Program-made: the position numbers and the translations under genes
Notes under the pieces: model-generated
Database searches by the model: none
Told to the model about the DNA's origin: nothing
The model's input: the letters and a program-made list of their open reading frames with translations, nothing else
Assembly: GCA_029863245.1 (NCBI GenBank)
Contig: JAOTVV010000016.1
Coordinates: 914-64,913, forward strand
DNA from: Gemmatimonadota bacterium
GTDB lineage: Bacteria > Gemmatimonadota > Gemmatimonadetes > Gemmatimonadales > GWC2-71-9
DNA length: 64,000 nt
Direction of reading: 5' to 3'
Part shown: positions 58,473 through 64,000 of the stretch, in pieces
Layout: every line of letters begins with the position of its first letter
Numbering within the stretch: the first letter of the stretch is position 1

Positions 58473-59721
58473 GACGGTGCTCCGAGCTCGGTGGGAGTGT
58501 ATCTGGTGAGATCGTGTCGGGCTCGATCACAGAGCCGTGCCCTGTGTGCTGCATCCCGGGCATACTCCCGCCGGTAACACCGAGTCGGGACTCCGCGTCC
58601 ACCAGGAAGTTGGCTGAGGCGACGATCGTCTCGCCCTCCTCGAGCCCCCGGAGCAGCTGGACGCGGTTGCCGGCACGGGCGCCCACGACCACCTCCCGCG
58701 GACTCAGCGTGCCGGTCGTGTCGCGCACGAACACCAGGTTGCGCTCGCCGGTAACCACGACGGCCTCCGTAGGGACCGTGAGCACGTTGGGTCCGATCGG
58801 CGCGTCGAAGTACACGGTGGCGAACATGCCGGGCTTGAGCCGGAGGTCACGGTTGGGCACCGTCACCCGCACGCGGTTCGTACGGCTCAGCTCCTCGACC
58901 GTTGGATAGACGAAGCTCACTTGGCCCATGATGTGCACGCCGGGGTAGGCTGCCACCTCGATGTGTGCCTGCGATCCGACACGCACGAACTGGAGATCCT
59001 GCTCGAACACGTCACCGTTGACCCACACCGTCGACAGGTCGGCAATGCGATAGAGCCGCATGCCTGCCATGACCTGCTGGCCCTCGAACACGTCCTTTTC
59101 CAGCACGATCCCGGCAAATGGGGCCGCCAGCGTGAGGGTCTTGGTCACCTGGCCCTTCTCCTCGATCGCCGCGATCTGGTCGGGCGAGATGTCCCAGTAC
59201 GCGAGTCGGCGCCGCGCCGCGTCCAACATGGCTTGGGCGTTCCGCCATGCCTCCTCCGACGACCGGTCCACACGATCGGCAAGGCGCTTGGCAGTGAGCA
59301 GCTCCTCTTGCGCTGCCACCAACATCGGGCTGTACAGGGTGAGAAGCGGCTGACCCCGGCGAACGGCCTCGCCGGTATAGCTCACCGCCAGGTGTTCGAC
59401 GAACCCGTCGATCTTGGGGGTGATATCGGCCACCTTGGGTTCCGGCGCCTCGATCCGGCCGACGGTGCGGATGCTCCGAGTCAGGCTCTCGCGCCGGACC
59501 GTCGTGTACGTGATGCCCAGGGCCCGCTCGGTCGCGGCGGACAGCTGCACGCTTTGGCGCAGCGTCTGACCTGCGGAGTCCATCGCGCCCCGCGTCCCGC
59601 CGGCCTGCATGCGCGCATGCTCTTCGGCGGTCATCCCGGCCATCGGAGAGTCCTGACTCTCTCCGCCGCAGCCCGTAATCAGCACGGCAGCGGCCAACAC
59701 GTGTAGGTAGGGTCTGGTCAT
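58465..59721 (-). CDS. cusB: CusB-type periplasmic adaptor
   Basis: LYSP.LVAAQEE, LYRIADLSTVWV, LKPGMFA, ANFLVDAES; His/Met-rich ends. Confidence 0.92.
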   Translation of the reverse strand: MTRPYLHVLAAAVLITGCGGESQDSPMAGMTAEEHARMQAGGTRGAMDSAGQTLRQSVQLSAATERALGITYTTVRRESLTRSIRTVGRIEAPEPKVADITPKIDGFVEHLAVSYTGEAVRRGQPLLTLYSPMLVAAQEELLTAKRLADRVDRSSEEAWRNAQAMLDAARRRLAYWDISPDQIAAIEEKGQVTKTLTLAAPFAGIVLEKDVFEGQQVMAGMRLYRIADLSTVWVNGDVFEQDLQFVRVGSQAHIEVAAYPGVHIMGQVSFVYPTVEELSRTNRVRVTVPNRDLRLKPGMFATVYFDAPIGPNVLTVPTEAVVVTGERNLVFVRDTTGTLSPREVVVGARAGNRVQLLRGLEEGETIVASANFLVDAESRLGVTGGSMPGMQHTGHGSVIEPDTISPDTLPPSSEHRHD

Positions 59722-61022
59722 GGCGTGCCTCCGAGGTCCACGGCCACCAACGCTTCGAGCGCGGCAATGGCCCCGTGATAATCTGCGGTCAGCCGGATCG
59801 ACTCGACCCGGTATCGGTTGACGGTCATCTCGTTCTCGACGAGCGTCATGTAGTCGACGCTCCCGACCCGATAGGCGGCGAGGGCGGACTCGACCGCCGC
59901 CCGGGCCTGCGGCACCACGGCATTGGCGTATAACTCGGCGAGGTTTCGTGCCCGCTCGGCCTCGGCGCGCAACTCCGTGATCTCCGCGAACGTCTCGTTG
60001 GTGAGGTCTCGCTCCATGGCCTCCTCATGGGCCTGCATCGCCGCCATTTCCCGCCGCATTGGGAGCTGCCGAGCGCCGGCGAATAGGGGGATGCTCACTC
60101 CCACCATGATCGACGCCATGTCGTCGAATTGCGGCCGCTGGCCGTACGCCAATCCGAGCATGAATTCCGGGTAGAGCTCGCGACGTGCTTGCCGGTACCC
60201 TGCCGCCGCCGCCTCCACCCGCGCACGAGCAGCGTGCAGGGCCGGACGCGAACGCACCGCCAACGTCATGAGCGAGTCGACCTCGGGCACCGACGGCCCG
60301 GACGGCGGCAGCTGCAGCGCCGGGACTGGCGCCCTAGCGGCGAGCCCGAGCAGCGCGTTGAGACGCGCGCCCATCGCGACGCGATCCTGTTCCATCACCG
60401 TGATGTCCGCGGTCATCCGGGCGACCGCGATTTGGGCCTGCAACACGTCCTGCTGCAGGCCTTGACCCACGGCATACCTGGTGGCCGACACGTCGAGGAA
60501 GCTGCGCAACAACTCGCGGGTGTCCCGCATGACGTCGAGTGCACGATCCATGTAGGCGAGTTGGTGGTACGCTTGCTTGACGCGCGCCTCGAGCTGACGC
60601 TCCGTCTCGTCGGCGTCGAGAGCAGCCGCTTCGGCCAGATACCGGGCCTGTTGCCGGCGGAAGCCGAGCTGTCCGGGCCACGGGAACCGTTGCGTGAGCT
60701 CGATGGTGTTCATCGTCATCGGCTCGCCGGTCCCGAAGTCCGTGACCGGTCGGTTCATGAGGCCGAAGGACAGCATCGGGTCCATCCAGGCGCCTGCGGG
60801 GCCCACCCGCTCTGCCGCCACGTCGGCACTGAGTCGCGCCGCTGCCAGGGCGGGGTTGCCCGATCGGGCGAGCGCCACCGCATCAGCGAGGCGGAGCGTA
60901 TCGGTCTGTGCCGTTAGTGGTATGGCATGGCCCAGGGCAGCGGCCAGCAGCACCGCAGCACCTCGCGTTCCAGAAGCCCACGCCGCCGTGCGCCGGGGCG
61001 GCAGGCACGTTGTCCAACGCAT
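59718..61022 (-). CDS. TolC family outer-membrane factor (CusC-like)
   Basis: Q.FPWPG, Q.DVL.AQ, GVSIPLF, AY.VG..D; ATGA overlap with cusB. Confidence 0.9.
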   Translation of the reverse strand: MRWTTCLPPRRTAAWASGTRGAAVLLAAALGHAIPLTAQTDTLRLADAVALARSGNPALAAARLSADVAAERVGPAGAWMDPMLSFGLMNRPVTDFGTGEPMTMNTIELTQRFPWPGQLGFRRQQARYLAEAAALDADETERQLEARVKQAYHQLAYMDRALDVMRDTRELLRSFLDVSATRYAVGQGLQQDVLQAQIAVARMTADITVMEQDRVAMGARLNALLGLAARAPVPALQLPPSGPSVPEVDSLMTLAVRSRPALHAARARVEAAAAGYRQARRELYPEFMLGLAYGQRPQFDDMASIMVGVSIPLFAGARQLPMRREMAAMQAHEEAMERDLTNETFAEITELRAEAERARNLAELYANAVVPQARAAVESALAAYRVGSVDYMTLVENEMTVNRYRVESIRLTADYHGAIAALEALVAVDLGGTP

Positions 61023-61101
61023 GTACCTCTCCCAAGAGATGGAATCGCCGTTTCACCCGGAGCGCGGGATGCGCCACGGGCACACTACGGCCTCGAGGAG
61101 G

Positions 61102-61443
61102 CTAAGCTCTGGGAGGTGGCGTGAGGGGAGAAAGCGTCCGGCCGTGGAGCACGTCGCCTGCCGGTGAGGAGTGGTCCGGGTGCGTGGTCCCGCTGGGGAG
61201 GTCGCGGACCGGCATCAGCACCGGGGCCTGAGCGCTCAAGCCACAGGCCTGCATTCCGGGGCACGGGGTTGCATGCGATTGTGCCTGGATAGCATCGCCC
61301 GCGTCATGGTGGGCATGTGCCATCTCCTCGCCATGTGCACAGCACGGATCTCGGTGGCACGCGAACGGCGCCGCAATGGGCGCGGTCAGCGCAATGGCCG
61401 TGAGGCTCGCAAACACGGTACGGAGCAAGCGGTGTGACGTCAT
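61102..61443 (-). CDS. His/Cys/Met-rich exported leader protein ending PLTPPPRA (DUF2946-like)
   Basis: Hydrophobic N-terminus; CHRDPCCAHGEEMAHAHH, CPGMQAC; first gene of the cus operon. Confidence 0.75.
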   Translation of the reverse strand: MTSHRLLRTVFASLTAIALTAPIAAPFACHRDPCCAHGEEMAHAHHDAGDAIQAQSHATPCPGMQACGLSAQAPVLMPVRDLPSGTTHPDHSSPAGDVLHGRTLSPLTPPPRA

Positions 61444-61451
61444 CGCCAAGA

Positions 61452-61460
61452 AGTATACCA
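61452..61460 (-). promoter_or_regulatory. Extended -10 element 8 nt upstream of the ATG (possibly leaderless transcript)
   Basis: Minus strand TGG-TATACT-tcttggcg-ATG with no SD sequence. Confidence 0.5.
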
Positions 61461-61603
61461 GAGATCGTGCCCCGCGGTCAAAAAAGCGACGATGAAGGTC
61501 GCTTCACGAGTCGACCCTTGGGGGTGCTGGAGGGCCGGTCTCTGGCGTCAGGAGGGCACCCTCCGGTAATATGAAGGAAGCCACTCCATCGAGGAGGCCT
61601 CCC

Positions 61604-62041
61604 ATGGCAACCGTTAAGGACATTCTGGGCCGGAAGGGTCGCGACGTGGTCACGATCGTCGCGGACGATTCGGTGCTCAGCGCCGCTCGCCTCATGAACA
61701 AACGCGGCATCGGTGGCGTCGTCGTGCTCGAGGACGACGAGGTCATCGGCATCTTCACCGAGCGGGACATCTTGCGCCGCGTGGTCGCCGAACGCCGCGA
61801 TCCCACCACGACCCTGATCCGCGATGTCATGACCACGCCGGTCATGACCTGCAAGCTCGAGGCGAAGCTCGAGGAATGCACGGCGCTCATGACGGACAAG
61901 CGCGTCCGCCACATCCCGGTGGTTGACGCCGACGGACTCTGCGGGATCGTCACGAGCGGTGACATCCTGGCGTATCAGGTCTCGGAGCAGGCGGACACGA
62001 TCCAGTACCTCAATAGCTACGTGTTCGACCTCCGAACCTGA
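61604..62041 (+). CDS. CBS domain pair protein
   Basis: GAGGAGG RBS; GIFTERDILRRVV, MT.KRVRHIPVV, GIVTSGD. Confidence 0.94.
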   Translation: MATVKDILGRKGRDVVTIVADDSVLSAARLMNKRGIGGVVVLEDDEVIGIFTERDILRRVVAERRDPTTTLIRDVMTTPVMTCKLEAKLEECTALMTDKRVRHIPVVDADGLCGIVTSGDILAYQVSEQADTIQYLNSYVFDLRT

Positions 62042-62101
62042 GTCACGACCCGCGGCGGCCGCTGATGCCGCCGCGAATCAGGTGCACGAAAGGAGCGCGA
62101 C

Positions 62102-62932
62102 ATGCTCAGAAATGTGAGCGACCGTCGCGCAGCAGTTGCCGGGTTCTTCTACCCGTCGGATCGGGAGGCGCTCCACTCCCTCGTGGCGCAGTTCCTGGAT
62201 CAGGTGGATGCGTCCCCCGCGCCAGCGACCGCCGCCATCGCACCGCATGCAGGACTGGTGTACTCCGGACAGTGCGCGGCGCACGTCTGGGCGCGCATCG
62301 CTCTTCCATCGACCATCGTGATCCTGGCCCCAAACCACACAGGGCGGCTCGACAACCCGGCCGGCGCTGGCGCGTGGGATCGCGGGGCCTTCCACACACC
62401 CCTCGGCAGTGTCACCGTGGCGGCGAATTTCCTGAGCCGCCTGGAGTCCGCGTGCGACCGGGTGCGACACGATGTGTCGGCCCATCTCCGTGAGCACGCC
62501 ATCGAGGTCCAACTTCCCTTTCTTCAGCTCCTGGCCCCGGCGACCCTGCTCGCCCCGATCGTGATTGCGTGGGACCGCTGGGAGCCGTCGCGTGAGCTCG
62601 GGGCCGCGCTCGCCGAGGTGGTGCGCCAGTGGCCGGATGACGTGTTGCTCGTCGCGTCGTCGGACATGACCCACTACGAGTCGGCAGCGAGTGCCGCGCG
62701 CAAGGATCGATTGGCCTTGGAGGCGGTGGCCCAGCTCGACGGGGAAGCGCTGCTCGAAACCTGTCACCGGGAAGGAGTGACGATGTGCGGTCGTGGCCCG
62801 GCGGCCGTGGTGCTCGAGGCCGCCCGGCAGCTTGGCGCCACCAAAGCCGAGGTTGTTGACTACCGCCACAGCGGCATGGTGACCGGCGACGATTCCGAGG
62901 TCGTGGCCTACGCTGGTGTGGTGATTCGCTGA
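62102..62932 (+). CDS. amrB: AmmeMemoRadiSam system protein B (MEMO1 family)
   Basis: AVAG.FYP, PHAGLVYSG, PNH, EHAIEVQLPFLQ, ASSDMTHY, TMCG, VVAYAG. Confidence 0.93.
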   Translation: MLRNVSDRRAAVAGFFYPSDREALHSLVAQFLDQVDASPAPATAAIAPHAGLVYSGQCAAHVWARIALPSTIVILAPNHTGRLDNPAGAGAWDRGAFHTPLGSVTVAANFLSRLESACDRVRHDVSAHLREHAIEVQLPFLQLLAPATLLAPIVIAWDRWEPSRELGAALAEVVRQWPDDVLLVASSDMTHYESAASAARKDRLALEAVAQLDGEALLETCHREGVTMCGRGPAAVVLEAARQLGATKAEVVDYRHSGMVTGDDSEVVAYAGVVIR

Positions 62933-62934
62933 CG

Positions 62935-64000
62935 CTACTGGCGTGACGCCAGGATCAGCTCGGCGTACGTTGCCGGATTGGCCGGGTAGTTCCGTCGCGA
63001 CAGTGAATTGGAGATTCGTCCATCCGTGCCGCTGCGGGTCACCGTAAGGCTGAGGCGCACCGCCGGGACGTCGGCGACAGGAATCGCGATCTCCACGACA
63101 TACCCATCACGAGTCTTGGCCACCGCTCGCCGAATGCTGACCGCATCCCCACCATCCGTCGCGTCGGGCTGGCCCAGCGACGTGAGCAAGAATTCCGACC
63201 ACGTGAGATTCCGGTTATCGGCCAGGAACTTGGCCATGAAGCCGTGCACGCCGAGGCTGCCGACCCACTCGGTGTGGTCGGTACCGGTCGTCGGCGCGAG
63301 AAGCAGCAGCAGGTCGTCTGGCTCGAGGGAGGTTCGCCGCCGGCCCGGCTCGTGTTGGAGGATGAGCGCCACGTGGTCACGTTCTCCGATGCGGTCTCCC
63401 GTCTCGGTGTCCGGCGTACCCGGCACGTCAACGGCGATGTACAACATGTCGCCGTGGGTCCCGAGGGCGACACGAGGCGTCCGCCCATCGCGTGCCGGGC
63501 CGTGGGTCGGGCGCCACGCGCTGCGCGGCCAGTCGGCCGTCTGCCCGTCGATCGTCGGAGGCGATCCCATCGATGGGGCCTCCACCCGATCGCGCTCGTC
63601 CCGATAGCGCAACATGCCGTCGTGAATCTCGTAGGCCGGGTCGCGCTCGATCTCGGCCAGGCGCTCGGCCGTGCGAGTGACGAAGGGCGAGAGCTCCGCT
63701 ACCAGCGGTACCATCCCCGGCGTGGCGCCCGCCGCGGCGTCGAGACGCGCGAGCGCCTGCCGCAGCTCCGTTAGCCCGGTTTCGACCGCGGCGCGATCGA
63801 TGGGTGTACCCGGAATGAACAGGGGCTCGAACAGGTTCGTGTCCCACGGGTAGTCACCGTAGATCCGTACGAAGGGCTCCAACAGATCGGCCGACGGACC
63901 GTACAAGTCCGCCAGCGCTCGTCGCAGCGCGCGATCGGGATCGTACCCGCGAGGGTCGCGAACGTACTCGGCGAGCGTGGCAAGTGGGATCATCGAGGCG
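62935..64000 (-). CDS. 5'-truncated protein: GH84 (O-GlcNAcase-like) C-terminal segment plus a CBM9/DOMON-like domain
   Basis: Frame is open to the window edge. ASMIPLATLAEY.RDP.GYDP; PPTIDG...DW...DGYVVEIAIP. Confidence 0.65.
   Translation of the reverse strand, partial: ASMIPLATLAEYVRDPRGYDPDRALRRALADLYGPSADLLEPFVRIYGDYPWDTNLFEPLFIPGTPIDRAAVETGLTELRQALARLDAAAGATPGMVPLVAELSPFVTRTAERLAEIERDPAYEIHDGMLRYRDERDRVEAPSMGSPPTIDGQTADWPRSAWRPTHGPARDGRTPRVALGTHGDMLYIAVDVPGTPDTETGDRIGERDHVALILQHEPGRRRTSLEPDDLLLLLAPTTGTDHTEWVGSLGVHGFMAKFLADNRNLTWSEFLLTSLGQPDATDGGDAVSIRRAVAKTRDGYVVEIAIPVADVPAVRLSLTVTRSGTDGRISNSLSRRNYPANPATYAELILASRQ

Noticed and set aside
62102-62932. amrB without amrA or the radical SAM partner as a novel system
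   Set aside because: These genes are often dispersed, so absence from this window is uninformative.

Overview
GC-rich bacterial chromosomal window. Gene content and style suggest Gemmatimonadota (inference only). I found no rRNA, tRNA, CRISPR array, integrase or transposase. Most genes are envelope or housekeeping genes: ppc, mscL, a cusCBA-type efflux operon, M1 and S46 peptidases, a TonB receptor, an ALDH7-type dehydrogenase, a leucine dehydrogenase and Fpg/Nei. Two loci stand out. (1) 1-10814 is a five-gene, apparently sigma54-driven DUF11 locus that reads as a sortase-independent fibre/pilus system. It encodes a repeat adhesin, a Zn-ribbon mini-protein, an acceptor-only chaperone-like protein, a major subunit and a 2113-aa OmpA/beta-barrel anchor. 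One DUF11 domain is visibly split between the C-terminus of one protein and the N-terminus of the next, which predicts head-to-tail strand complementation and possibly intermolecular Lys-Asn isopeptide bonds. (2) 30979-38275 is a signalling island with a Rab-like (Rup-type) small GTPase, a coiled-coil partner, a histidine kinase, an Hpt-like protein lacking its His, an NtrC-family activator and a TSP3-repeat OmpA. A shared tandem palindrome occurs upstream of three sigma54-type promoters there. Also noted: a His/Cys-rich leader ORF ending PPPRA before the copper efflux operon, an Fpg/Nei protein with Ala in place of Pro2, and a 63-aa leader-like peptide. All family calls come from motif recognition by eye; no searches were run.
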